Shown here in pieces: positions 12,276-25,819 of a DNA stretch of 64,000 bases. Source of the stretch: Phoronis australis (taxonomy: Eukaryota > Animalia > Phoronida). The notes beneath the pieces are model-generated. The model searched no databases. It worked only from the letters and a program-made list of their open reading frames with translations, and was not told the DNA's origin. The stretch covers positions 1-64,000 of the forward strand of contig NMRA01000822.1 in the NCBI GenBank assembly GCA_002633005.1. The letters are read 5' to 3'. Made by a program: the position numbers and the translations under genes. The stretch's first letter is position 1. Every line of letters begins with the position of its first letter.

Positions 12276-15200
12276 GACTAGAGATTTTCATTGACCGAAG
12301 TTGAGGTCTACCCCTATTTTTCCATCATAACGTGAACATGCCCAACGGCGTATTCTCAGTGCAAGAAAACAAGGTAGTCCATAGTAGTTAAATGGTTTTT
12401 AGCACTATGTGGGACTGCCTATAATGAACTTACCGTCAGCGTGTACTGAATTTAAAAGAACAGAAACGTTCAAACGTGTACAGGCATTCATGTCAATCCA
12501 CCAATCCACAATCAAAGTGGACACTGGATGAACAACATATTTAGATTTTTGACGGTCACTTTCAATTCAAAATTTGAAAATTCCTACACTTCTACCGTAT
12601 TGTGCTGGTAGTTGGCGCGCATACATAACGCAGAAGACGGCAAAAGAAGGCATTTTAATTATTATTCGTTTTAGCAGTTGCATCAAGTGACTCGTCTGAA
12701 AATAGAGGGACGCAGCTTAGACTGGTAAAATATGACAACGGAAAATCGAAATCCGTGCAAACACAATGTGCTATCCGTCTCAAACAGGTTTTAGGTCCTG
12801 TTTCTAATAGTGAATCATGTGGAGTATTCCGCTGTTTCCGCATGGTCTTGTGAGGTCTCTGCAACATCAGGCGCGATGTTTCTGGTTTTCATGCCCTGAC
12901 GTAAACTTGCGGACAAAAATCTTTCACCACCGGACTCAGTGGCTTTATTGAAAATCGAAGTGCCTAGTTCCTCAATGTGATGCTTATTCATTGTAAATGG
13001 GCTTATAGTCAATTTTTTTCGCCTCTTCAGGCCCGTAGGAAGGAAAATGTGTATTGGGGAGGCACAAAACCAATTTGACTTCGCCAACTTACCCCCTTGC
13101 TATCGTAAACCCCCCCCCTCCCCCCGTTCTCTGGATGTCACCATATTTGTACCGAACCCCACCCCTTATGTCCGCCATCGGTGGGCGTAATACCGGGGGT
13201 GTAGCCATCAGGATTTGAGTAACCGTGAACCAACAAAGATTCACGGGGGCTAAGAATGGGTCTAGGCCCCGAAAGCACTGACGAGTAGCTGGGAGCTGCC
13301 TGGAGTAACTATAGCTGGGTCGAAGGTCAAGATTCCTTTTATTTTGTTCCAGTTTTGGGAAAACTTCATTTAATTATGGCCATTCTTTGAAGTATTTTTT
13401 GGAAAGGTGAGTTCCCGAGGTGCCTGGTATGAGTGCCTTTGTGGCCGATTCAGAATCCTTTGATGAAACACATCCGGTAGTCCAGTTTCTGGTTGCTGGG
13501 GAAAAATGATACAGCGTCTTAATTTCATCAGTGTTTTTGAGAATTATTTTTGATAGGCAAAAAGCGTCCAAGTGCACTTCACTATTTGGGGATAGGATTA
13601 TAGTTTTTTCCATACTCAGGCTTCAACTAAATTCCCTGAATCGTCATCATTTCTTAAAAGATTAGCTTCTAATTGCCAAAAATCACAAATTAATCCGTCG
13701 GTGGATACATAAATATGTTTATCAGAAACAAACGAATTTGTTGATCAAAATGGGATATCATAAGCAAGTTCCGCAGGCATGTCGCAGATTTTTGACGGGT
13801 AACCGGGGGAAATGAGAGATTGGGCATTCATATTGAGGTGTATTTTTGTTCTTTCCGAGGTACTTATAACGGTTCACTAGTTTAACTTGACCTAAAAAAC
13901 GCTGAAATATTTGTTTAATTTGTTTATTATTGCAAGTATTTGGGTACACTAGTTCGACATGTACACGGTCACCCCAATGGTAGCCTCGACAGCACTGTTT
14001 TCCACATGTTGTAATTCCTTACAAACAACTCATAGTAACCATCTTCTAAAGAGATAGTATTCTTGTGATAATATTGGAAACAGTTACATTATTTTATAAC
14101 TAACGATCGGACTAAGTCCTTTTGTGCAATTAACAAACAGCGGTCTTCACTTTCTTTGAAATTCCGGACTCCCTTTCGATGGCGGTCAATCCTATTGTAT
14201 TTTTTTCACATTTTCTGTTTCTTTGGGTCGAATGTCTTGATACTGCTGTGCTGTGCACAAATGTTTTTTTTATTTTTTAATGAATTTCGAATCCCAACTT
14301 CCCTCGTGAATACTTGGCAGTGTCGGATTTACATGTATAGAGGGATAAAGGGACATTTCTCCGAACTGCTCCACCGTGAGAGGGTGCTGTTTGAAATGGA
14401 ACGCCTAATTATGAAAAGCTAAACATCATTAAGCTTGGAAAAGAATGACTGTTCATTCCACCGTCGTGTGGTCAGACGACGGTGCAGGAAGTGACCTTCT
14501 TCAACATAAAAGTTGATTTCACAAAAAACAGGAAAATAGACTTACAGATGTAATCGAGCCCAACATTATGGGACCTCCCTCCGTGAGCGTACCCTTAAGA
14601 ATTTGTTAATAGAAACATAAAAACTGTGGCCACTTGACTGTCATCAATGGCTTCCTTCAGACATGGGGCCCCTCTATGTGAAAATGTCTATATTTTCAAA
14701 GATCAAGAAATGTGCAGCAATTGATGATATATCTGTCAGGTCATCAATTTTTCTCAAGTGATATACAATTCGAGAAAAAAGAGACAATTGTCTCCGTTAT
14801 CCCTTGCCAGAGAAGGGCCTCTAGAAAAATATTGTTTTGCAGTCGCAAAATTGTCTTACTGTGTTAAAAAATCCAGTAAATCAATACGCTCCGCAAAAGC
14901 TTCGAAGCTTCGCTTTACAGGTTTTGTCGATTTTTCGAAATATATGCATGAATCATTACGTGCGAAAGCGGAAACCCAACAACCAGGCCAGGGTCCTCAA
15001 AAGGTAAACCATATTATGCACTGAAACAGAGTTATTACTATGTGAGTATGTTCTCTTGAGTTTTCTCTCTTAACTGCATTCAGCAGTCTTTCTTTTCTCG
15101 ACTGTCCCCGCCCCACGCGTATGTCGGTTGCCGCAGTTTAACCCTGACGCCTGAAATTTTTTTTTGGGAGGGGGGGCGTGCTGTTGCAATTAATTTGTGG

Positions 15201-17464
15201 TTAATTTTCTGTTCTGTCATGGATTTTATTAGTATTTTCTTGTTGATGATGTATTTTGTCCCTTCCGTTGTGTCCTAGAGATTTTCTCGGCTGAGGCCTG
15301 GCATACAGGGGGCAGGAAGGCGACTAGTCAGGGGACGTGAATTTTAGTCAATATTAGTGACTGCATGCTGATGTTGGGATGACCAACGGACTCGTTAGGG
15401 AAGCCTATGGAACTGTTTTAACATTAAAATGACTGAAAACTAGGAAGAACACCATATTCATTAGTACCAGTCGACAATACGTACGCGTTTAGTTTTTTTG
15501 TACGTGATCACTTCAATGTATTCTCTTACTTAGATCCGGTCAGGCTTCCTCAAGCGGGTTTTGACGTAAAACCTGACATTATGCTAGTTGTAAATTTATA
15601 ACACGAAAAACAATACCACGAGACCATTCCAGCTTTTAATAATTAGTTTTCTTCCTTGAGCTAACTGATGGTCTTGTCACCTAAAGACGTAGTATACAGG
15701 AACAGCGACCGTCAGAGGGCACCACCTGACGGCGATGCAATAACCCGGGAGAGGTACATAATTATTAATTTTTGAATTTGACTGCAGTTATTTGCAGTTA
15801 TTTGTTAGAAGCATCGGTAGCAAGCGGGTTGGCTCGGATTCCTGCTGTGGTTATAGTTGGTACAATGAATCTCGCTTTCCTTGCACCTGCAAGGAGTTGT
15901 GTAGGCTATAACTCGATTTCCAAGCACTTTCTTTGAACACACATTTGGAAAATCGCCAGAGCAATATGAGTCATTGCTACAAATAAAAGCGCGTGACGCT
16001 GTTAGCGCAGACAACGAAGGTATTTGATAGCAGTCGGACGTGTCGACCGAGCTCTCTGTTCAGCGTTAGGCGGGAAACTGCTGACACTCGTTTCGTTTCA
16101 GTAAGTTTACGCTATCACTAATCTGAAATGAAAGTTTGTAAAGATTAAGTTTGAATCATGTTATCATCCACGATACTGGTTTAAGCCGCACCGATCTTGA
16201 GACTTCTATTTTGGAATCAACTGAGGAACAATGTTGCAGAGGAACGCGTACGCGTTGCCCCTAGGTGTTGTATAGGCATATATAGAAATGTTTGTTGAAG
16301 AATGCTGTCAAGGTTTTTGAAAAGTACTGTAGAATGTTCCTTTCGGAGTTGTATATCGTGTATAACAATGTCTTTTGATAAACGAAGTAAGAGTGTGAAT
16401 TTCATGTGTTGCGTCTTTCTACATGGGTCATGGTAGACCCTATTAATTTTGTACTTTAATAAGTAACTAGTACATGTAAGCCTACTTGTGACAACTTGTG
16501 TTAATGTTGTTTTCTTGTCCTATTTTCCTGTACCGATGCATAGTAAACATTTTATTTAGTTGCTTACTTTTTAAGCCTTATTACAAACTAGCTAGCGTTG
16601 GTGTAAAGCTGTTTGTCTTCATAGTGCTAGTTGTCTTGGTGGCTAGCTGTAACTCTGTGTTCATTTCCTTCCAACTCAAACACATTTTTTTTCAAATCCA
16701 AGGAATATTACAGAGTACCCCAGAAGTGACTGAACAAATTTACGTGCAAATTAAAGATATTACACTTTCTGCACTGTTCTTCAAAATACTGTTAGGTATT
16801 GATTTAAAATGTTCCACTTTTGCATCAGGGACTGTCAAAAATAGGGCGGATTTTAGTGAAAAAATCAAAGTTACATCTAACGAAAAGGAATTGATAATTT
16901 AGAAAATAACTATGACAAAGATTTTGAGATTTTATTTGTAGCATTTACATCATACTAAATTTAATCATGTAATTGATCTCGTGGTTTTGCTTTGAATGCA
17001 CTTCCCTTTTGTTCAAAATTTTACGATAACAGCATACTAATCACTTGAGCTTATTAATGGGAGGTTGGTTTAAAGTCAGCTACTAACTTCTAGGTAAATT
17101 CTGCTTTCAGAAAAAATATACTTTCGCTGAGAGTTAAGTTCTATAGTTGTACATATATTTTGCTAAGTGTACAGATTTGTCAATAAGGTCGTATATAACC
17201 TTAAAATGGTTGTTGTTAAACGTTAATAAGAAGGAATACAAAAAGCAGTCGACGTTTTGCTCTGATAAAAAACCGCAGAAGTTGAATTTGAATTAACTTG
17301 CCTAGGACTATTTTAGTTCCATGTACCACGAAGTAAATGACTTTTGATAAGGATAAGCCCCAGTTTAATGTCTATCGGTTATCAAAGGTTAGTTCATTGA
17401 AAAAACACCGGTATGATGCTGAAATATGTCTTGAGTGATTAAAATTATTTTCTGTCTGCAGGAC

Positions 17465-19258
17465 ATGGCGTCGAACGATCCAGTTGTCCAGCTACGTCGA
17501 CTGGTAGAGTGCCCCGTGTGTTTTGAACGATCCAGTGACCAGAGGGTTTTGCCATGTCTTCACTCATTCTGCGAAAAATGCTTGAACAGTCACATGGCAG
17601 AACAGGGGCAAAGTGGTGAATTTCCATGTCCACTGTGCAAAACAAAATTTGCTGTTCCAAGAGAAGGTGCTAGTGGCTTCAAGCATAATTTTTTTCATGC
17701 CGGTATCTGTGACATTGTTTCGAATTATGACAGCATGAATAAAATGCATTGTTCAGCTCATGAAGACCGGCTTTTGGAAATGTACTGTGAACAGTGCAAG
17801 GTGGCCATATGTTCACGATGCGCAACTTCAAGTCATAAGCGACACGATCTGAAAGATTTAGACGTTGCTGCAAAAGACGCCATTGAGGTGATGCAAGATT
17901 TGTTGAAACCTTGGCGAGATGTTACGCAGCACTGGGAAATGTTGCGCAATAAACGACAGCAAGTTGCACAAAGTTATGCCCAGCAACAAAAAGCTTGTAA
18001 GAATGAGATAAAACGTGTATACAGCGATTTCCTGGCAGAGATCACTCGTCAAGTCAAAGTTAATGAAGAGAAAGCTATTGCTGAGTTGGAAAAACAAGTA
18101 GAGGCGGCAAGAAAACAGGCAGAAGCTGCTTGTGATGAGGCTGAACTGAACAGGGCGAAGTTTGCTAGCGTATATGATTATGTAAATAATGTTCTTGAGT
18201 CGTGTCATGACAATGAGAAACTGCAACAATTTAATGAGATTAAGTCTCTTCTTAAAAACTTGAATATTGATCAAATCCAGAAGCGGGTTGAAAAATCAGT
18301 CTTTGAAATACAACCTGCGACAATTGCAGTTCCAAATGTAGCTGTGAATATTATGAGAAAAATGGAAGACGAAAATATTTCATCCAATTTTTTTGAAAAT
18401 TTTGCCTCAGTTGTTGCAGTTTCCAGTAAATCACCTGTCCACCGTGTGACCCCTCAACTGACTGTTAAACATGTTCAACTTGAGCGGAGATTTAGCAGTC
18501 TGCTTGAGGGGGAGGGGGGAGGCAGTTGTTTGGGACTGGCAGTGGGTGATGGGGTGGTGGTTGTAACGGACAGTAAGAACAAGAATGTCAAGGTGTTTGA
18601 TAAAAACACCTTGACATTCAAATTCACGTTAAACACCGCCCAGCACCAACTGCAGAACCCTTCTGATGTGACATGTAATAGACTTGGTGAGATCTTCATC
18701 ACCGACCGCGACATTCACGGTGTTGTCAAGTATGACGCCAGAGGTCAACTGGTGAAGGCCTACCCAGGTGTGTATAAAGGTGAGGGGTGTATTACATGTC
18801 ACACCGACCAGCTGATAGTGACGGATACACAGGGTGGACGGGTGTTATACAGTGACTTTGATTGTGAGGTCCATCATCAAATAGACGCCCGCTCCCTGGG
18901 TCTGAGTGAGTTCTCACCATACTATATATGTGTGGATGAGAACACTGGACATGTGGTGGTGAGCCAGGACTACCCCCCACGTGTGTACGTGATTGACCCC
19001 AGACAGCCGGCCGTTATACACACATTCAGTGATGGACTGTGTGTGCCGTGCGGTGTGTGTGTGGATCAGTTCGGCCACATTCTCCTGGCTGACTGGGGCA
19101 TGTTCAAACACTGTATCCATCTATTGACCCCTGCACGTGCACACGTGATCGCCACGAAGGATGATGTCTGCAGGCCTACAGCCATATGTCCATCACGCCC
19201 AGGGAAGATGTATGTACTGGAGCAGGGAGGTGGTGTGAAGGAGTTTAGTTATCTGTGA
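17465..19258 (+). CDS. TRIM-NHL family E3 ubiquitin ligase (RING, B-box2, coiled coil, NHL beta-propeller), 597 aa, single coding exon
   Basis: RING CPVC..CLHSFCEKC..CPLC; B-box CSAH..YCEQC..ICSRC..HKRH; heptad-rich helical region; NHL repeats (GLAVGDG-VVVTD, PSDVTCN-GEIFITD, PCGVCVDQFGHILLAD). Acceptor tttctgtctgcAG at 17460-17461 just before GACATGG, so the real start is ATG 17465, not GTG 17435. Confidence 0.93.
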   Translation: MASNDPVVQLRRLVECPVCFERSSDQRVLPCLHSFCEKCLNSHMAEQGQSGEFPCPLCKTKFAVPREGASGFKHNFFHAGICDIVSNYDSMNKMHCSAHEDRLLEMYCEQCKVAICSRCATSSHKRHDLKDLDVAAKDAIEVMQDLLKPWRDVTQHWEMLRNKRQQVAQSYAQQQKACKNEIKRVYSDFLAEITRQVKVNEEKAIAELEKQVEAARKQAEAACDEAELNRAKFASVYDYVNNVLESCHDNEKLQQFNEIKSLLKNLNIDQIQKRVEKSVFEIQPATIAVPNVAVNIMRKMEDENISSNFFENFASVVAVSSKSPVHRVTPQLTVKHVQLERRFSSLLEGEGGGSCLGLAVGDGVVVVTDSKNKNVKVFDKNTLTFKFTLNTAQHQLQNPSDVTCNRLGEIFITDRDIHGVVKYDARGQLVKAYPGVYKGEGCITCHTDQLIVTDTQGGRVLYSDFDCEVHHQIDARSLGLSEFSPYYICVDENTGHVVVSQDYPPRVYVIDPRQPAVIHTFSDGLCVPCGVCVDQFGHILLADWGMFKHCIHLLTPARAHVIATKDDVCRPTAICPSRPGKMYVLEQGGGVKEFSYL

Positions 19259-19294
19259 TATCTAATTTAACACACCTGTACCATCACCTGGTTG

Positions 19295-19300
19295 AATAAA
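19295..19300 (+). terminator. Polyadenylation signal of the TRIM-NHL gene
   Basis: AATAAA 37 nt after the stop, followed by a TG/T-rich tract; a second AATAAA at about 19422. Confidence 0.55.
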
Positions 19301-19620
19301 TGTTTGTGATTTTGTTTTGATGAAATGTTTTGTGAAATAACTGTTTGAAATTCTTGAAGTCTGTATGTAACATTGTGTGCAGACGACAAAGTAATATTGG
19401 ACATATTTTGTCTAAAAATTCGAATAAAAATTTGACAAAAATCAGCACATTTATACCTGAAGGTCTCGTGCATTTGAATGATCATTGTAGTTATATTATA
19501 AAGTACGTGTGTTTACCTTTTTTACAGACTTGTTTTACCTGTGCGTAGTTGTGCACGGCGACATTTTATCATCTTAAAACGCACTTTCTCACATTTCTGT
19601 TCGAGTGAAACACGTGTTGT

Positions 19621-21659
19621 AAAGACTGTGCGCTGTTCTCAATTTTCAATACCAAAATTCTATTCAGGACGTCAATAACATTATCATATTTCTACAATAT
19701 GAAATAAATGTGATCATAGTGTTCTCAACCGTGCAATTAACATTTTTATGACTTGAAATAGTCGTATTAATGCAATATATCAAATTTGTTAGTGATTACT
19801 TAGTCCTCGTTTTAATTGAAATTGTCGCTCTAAAAATTCTTCATCAATATTATTGCACACGTAATATTTCATTATCGTCAAAACAAAACATTGGTTAAAG
19901 GGACGTTATCATTTTCACGGCCGAAAAACGCAAGTTTGGGATTGAGTGGGATAAAATTTTTGAACGGTTTGATTCGTGATTTTATTACAAATCTCAATTG
20001 CCGCCGTTATTTTTCACACATCAGCTGAAGTGAATTACTGTGACTTCACCGGTGAAGTACGCTTGAAGTACTCTCCCACATGGGCCTACTGATGCTGGGA
20101 TTTAACGCAGCTAACGAAACTTCTGACTGCGGCGCAAGAATTTGTTAAGTTCGATTCCGAGCTGGGGCTGATCTCGGAAAGTGATTCTCCTTGACTGTAG
20201 TGTTGCGTTGGTCGTTCACGTGATCAAATAAACTGAAACCAAAAAGAACTATATTGATTTCAGGAACAGTGTCGTATCCTTGCACATGAAGTCACACCAT
20301 TAAATCAACAACGAAAAATTGCTCATTCACGCCCTTTATCGACTGATTGAAAACAATCGAATTTTGGACGTCAGACTAAGTGTGATAATCTCGGTTGGAA
20401 TGGGTGGCGTGGACAGCACACAAAATTAATGTGAAGTTTTGTTTAAATGGCCATCACATATGTGCGAGTTGTCTTTGGTTTGCATTTTTAGAGAAAAAAT
20501 CGTTTAATATTACACAATATAACTTTATTGAAAAGACCACCATCCTTTGTTTTTATTCACAGCCCGAAGATGGCGCGTTATCATCGAGTTCAACCACAAA
20601 AGATTGTGCGCTGTTCTCTATTTTCAATACCAAAATTCTATTCACGACGTCAATAACATTATCATATTTCTACATTATGAAATAGCTGTGATATTAGTGT
20701 TCTCATGTGTGCAATTAACATTTTTCTAACTTAAAATAGTCCGCATTAATGCAACATATTAAGATTGCTAGTTTTTGGTATTCTAATTGGAATTATTGAT
20801 TAAACGGTGCATTCGTGGATTAAACTGCGATTACATAGTGCTCGTTTTAATTGAAATTGTCGCTCTTATAGTCAGTATTATTGCATACTTGAGATTTTCA
20901 TTACCGCCGAAACAAAATACATTGGTTAAAGGGACGTTATCATTTTCACGACCGAAAAACGCCAGCTTGAGATTGAGTGGAATAAAATTTTTGAACTTAC
21001 AAGCTTTTAACAGAGCTAAACAAACCCCAAACTATTCGTTGTGTTGTGCGATTTTACTACAAATCTCCAATTACCGCCGTTATTTGCCAGGCATACGCTG
21101 AAATCAAGTTCTGTGATTTCACCAGTGAAAGTACGCTTGAAATACTCCCCACATATTGATGCTGGTATTAAGCGCAGGTAACAAAACGTTTCCTTGCGAC
21201 GAAAAAATTTGTTGAGGCTGATCTCGGAAAGTAATTTTTCTCAACTATAGTGTCACGTTGGTCGTTCACGTGATCAATGAAACTGAAACCGAAAAGAATT
21301 ATTTTGATTTCAATAACAGTGTTGTATCTTGCACATGAAGTCACACCACTAAATTAAAGAAAAACTTTTTATTCACGCTCTTTATAGATTGATTGAAAAC
21401 AATCGATTTTTGTATGTCAGTCTAAGTACGTAAAGATAATCTCGGTTGGTATGCGCAGTGCAGACAACACACAAAATTAATGGAATCCGTTATTAAAATT
21501 GCCATTACATATTTGTGAGTTGTCTTTGATTAACATTTTTCAGAGAAAAAATCATATAATATGATATAATATAACTTTATTGACAATGCTAATGCCACCG
21601 TCCCTTGTGTACATTATTCACAGCCCGAATATGGCGCGTTATCATCAGGTACAACCATA
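19621..21659. repeat. Diverged tandem duplication of a non-coding unit of about 1 kb (19621-20598 and 20599-21659)
   Basis: Both units begin AAAGA(C/T)TGTGCGCTGTTCTC..TTTTCAATACCAAAATTCTATTCA and end ATGGCGCGTTATCATC...CAACCA; colinear throughout with many substitutions and indels. Confidence 0.9.
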
Positions 21660-24600
21660 AAAATAACACATCAGAGTGTACGTCTTTTTGAAAACGAGAG
21701 ATAAATGGCTAATTTCCAAACCTTACGTACAGATATAGTTACGAAACTTTTCCTTATTTACAAGCCTAGAAAAATACCGTACTTTGCTCTCAAACCAGCG
21801 TATGCAGGACAGTCGAGTAAAAATGAATTTCATTCTTCAACTACTCTTGTAGAACATGTTGTACACAAACGCTCTTCGCTTAGGTTTCTCTCATATTCGA
21901 TTTTCACTGAATGGTTTACAGATCTAAATATAGCCTGTAACTGACAAGTTTACTAAAGATGACACTTTTTTTCATGCTATAGCTGAGAATCAATACCTAA
22001 AGATCTCCTTTAGGCTTGGCTTTGATTTGAGACGGGTTGAATTCTTTACTGCGCTCTGTTCGTTAAAATACTCTGTAAACTAACTCTGAGCGAATCGGTT
22101 ACTTTTTGAGTGCAACATCTTTGTTGTAATGATTTTTAAGATTATGCCCTAGAGATTTTGTAATATTCATATAGTTATAACGAGAAATCAGTCAGTTCGA
22201 GAGTTCGAGCTTCCGTCAGCAAGTGAATGTGCTGGCCCCCGGGTCAGTGAGCTGAATATGAGATCACATCCACATAGCGCCGCAAATCTGGGCCAATGGG
22301 TGAGCGTGTATTTCGAACGCTGGTCAGTTGTCAACATGCGTAATTTGTATTGGACATCTAAAGGATCAAAAGCTTAAGCACAACTTTCGAATGAAATTAC
22401 TCTAAAATTAATGACAATAAAGACAACCATTCATTTTAATATCAATTATTTTTTTTCACATACACGTTCGCTTTGAATTTGTTTTTAAATGAGATGCTTG
22501 TTACTCGTTCGCTTCAGCGTCGTCGTAATTATAAGAGAAGTTTTAAATGTTTTCGTGAACAATTGCCAACAGTTACACAATTCAATGTTTGCTTATGAAC
22601 TGAATATTAAGGCCAACTAAATAGTTGAATTAAAATAAGAACGAGAAAAAATCCATTACTGAAACGATGCAGTTACAACTCATCAATTTATACTGTTGAC
22701 CCGCGGGACACTTGGCCGACATTGGAGTCCTGGCGTTCACTCCGTAGACATACCTGTAGTTTCTTGCTAGAAGAGCGATAGCATTCAAGACATTGCGAGT
22801 TTTCGTCAGGTATTGCAAGCAAACAAGCTAAACAGATGTGTCATTTTCTGCCGCACGAATGAACTTTCCCAAAAATCATAGCATAAATAATCTAAATAGA
22901 GCATGGTAATCAACAAAAGACAGTAGTACCCTCTACACATAGTTAAACCTCATAATGATTGCAGTTAAAACCATAGATCTTAATCTTAGTTTGCCAACTT
23001 TTTTATATGCTTCCTTAGTTGTGTGACGAAACGGGTCACTGCACAGAGTAAACCTGTGTATAAACCAGCGTTTCAAGATGAAGTTGAGTTTGAGCCGAGT
23101 TAAAAAGGAAACGCGTGGTGTACTGCGTAAACGTGAGCCTACGTCCTACTACGTCAAGGCGCACCGTGTGGCGGTTTCGACAGTTCTTTATAGGTGGGCC
23201 CAGGTGAGAAAATGCACCGTCTACAGTGTTATTTGCCGCATATTGTGAATGTGATATCTCAAATTTGCCGGGACAGTGTACACGTTATGAATAACAAAAC
23301 AGAATTTAGTAAAGAAAAGTATCGATATGCTTTTTATCCTCCTCGAAACAAAAAAGAACGCTTTGGCACAAACTCAATTTAATGGCCTAGTTTCAACTGA
23401 ACATGTTTAGTCACCCATTCTATCTCCAATTGCATATGGGATAATTGTTTGTTCATTCATTACACAGGGTTAAACATGATACAAAGAAGCTTTACGAGAT
23501 CTAAACAATTCTACTCTCCCAATTTGTAAAACTCTACACATGTTACATTTTCAGGATACATTTACATTATCTTGCTTAAAGTGTAACTACAAAATAAAAA
23601 CATAATGCTCCCTATATACTTTCACAACAAGGAATTCATCCAAGAATATCGGCCACTTCGAGAAAACACGTGCAGAACAACACCATTACAATCTCCCAGT
23701 TACATGTACGTTAGTAATAATACAAATAACCGACCATCATACACTGTGCTTCCAGCGGAAAAAACAAACATCAACACAAAAGAGATTGTTTTACCATTTC
23801 TTTTGAATAAGTGCAATTTCTTAGAATTAGTTTTGAATAAAACAATAACTCGTTCCTTATTAGGTTTTAATCTCAAAAATATTCTATGAACAACTATGAT
23901 GAAAATTGCCATGTCGTAAATTTTTATGTTCGAATGTTTAGAGATTCTGTGTTGCCGATGGTCATCTCTAATGATTCTTGCTTGGGATTGTGTCTTTCAG
24001 TACTCTAAATAAACACATTTTTTCTATGAATTCATGTTGCACATATCACTAATAATTATCTCTAGTAACCAGCCTTTAGCAGTTTATACCTTGGTTGGTA
24101 ACGAAATCAAGTTGTACAAAATATGCCATATAAACGGAAAGAAATTAATATATACACATACGATAGCAGTCATTATTGTATTCTTGTTTTGTATATACAC
24201 TCTTTCATATTTCTTTTGTACAAATACGCCCATTCAACACAACTCTACTGCGTACACAATAGTTTTAGTGTCGTAGTTGCAACTTACGGAACTTGAACCC
24301 CAACAGGCAAGAGTGATCCGGCTGGGGGTCCGGGTCGGATTCAATTTCAAGATTTCCGTCTTCACCAAATCCTTTTCAGTGCAGTATATACTAGTTGCAC
24401 TTACACAAAAAAGAAAAAGCGTCACTTGACGTTTCTGCAGGTTTACCCAAAGCCGTTTAAACAGGGACGACAAGACATACATTTGACGGATGTTTGGCAC
24501 TGGTGTTTTCAGCAAGACTTTCTGACATTATGGCAGTCGTTCTAGATATCCTAAANTGTTCCCTCGTTGAGACTGTGCTGCGACTCATAATATCCATAAT

Positions 24601-25572
24601 TTACATGATCCTTGTCCATTTTTTCCTTGATTTACTCAAATTTTCCGTGCTTTGCCCGAATCCTATCGGCAATTTCTCCCGCCATAACGATAGATCTAAG
24701 TCCCGATATGGTAGCTCACCTTCTGACCAGCTTCTGATTTTTTTAACCACACATCTGACATTTGAAGATCCTGTGTCGGATCAACAAGGCACTAGGCAAG
24801 AACGACATTAGTGACGGAGTGTGTCGTAAAACAACTACAAAACAACCCTCTTGTCGTGTAACGAAAATAGTTTACAAACATTGTTACAGTTAAAACAACG
24901 AAAAGTGAAACTTTATGTACACAATTTGAAGCACTGTACATTTTCTGATTTGGCGCCCCTTAAAATGTGATTTTGGCGCCTTTGTAACGCATTTTCAAGG
25001 GGATCAGGACCATCCACATCGCTACTAGGCCTACAACAAGAGCGATACCAGTAAAGTGAACTGGGTGATAATGAAAAGTGAAACTAGTGCTAGTACTAGT
25101 ACTAGTACTGGTATGGCGGTGGGCAGAGGAAACAAATTTACCCGTGGGTCTCACCGGCGTCTCTTACCTCACCTTAATGCCCTATAACATCAAGCATCTC
25201 TAAGTTAGTATTAAAAAGTTTTGTCACTGTGGCTTTGAACTAATTCATAAGTGGGAGAAGCAAACTGAAGGAACTTGAAACGGGAAAGTAACAATGCTAC
25301 TGTAAATCTGTCGAATTTAAGTCAAAGTTGTCCGTTCTTGGCTATGCATCCCCAACCCCTTTCATCGAGATCTCAGATTGCAGGACGGACCGGGACGTTG
25401 TTTGAAACAGGTTGGTGTGTCAAGGGCTTTTATTTGCAAAATAGTAAAACTAATTACATTTTTCTATTCCTCAAGCGATGCAATGCATTAATCGCCAGTC
25501 AAAGCAATAAAACATTCACTCTGAGCTCTAACTGTTTCATGCTCCCGTAGGCTACAGCAATGTAAAGACCAT

Positions 25573-25819
25573 GGGCCTGTTCCAAGAAAATGACTTAAGT
25601 TCATTATTGACTTAAGTTTAAGATTTGTCTTAAATTCCAAACTTTGAAACTTCCACACTCTGTTAGTTAGTGAAATTTAAGACAAACTTACATCACACAA
25701 TTAATCCAAACTTAAGATCTCTTTCTTGAATTGGTTTTAAGACAAATTTAACTTTTATTTTAAAATTTACTAAAATTTAGGATTTGTCTTAGCTCAGTCA
25801 GTTTTGTTGGAACAGGCTC
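25573..25819. mobile_element. PIF/Harbinger-like MITE
   Basis: TIRs GGGCCTGTTCCAAGAAAATGACT ... AGTCAGTTTTGTTGGAACAGGCTC, with a 3-bp direct repeat CAT on both flanks. Confidence 0.65.
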
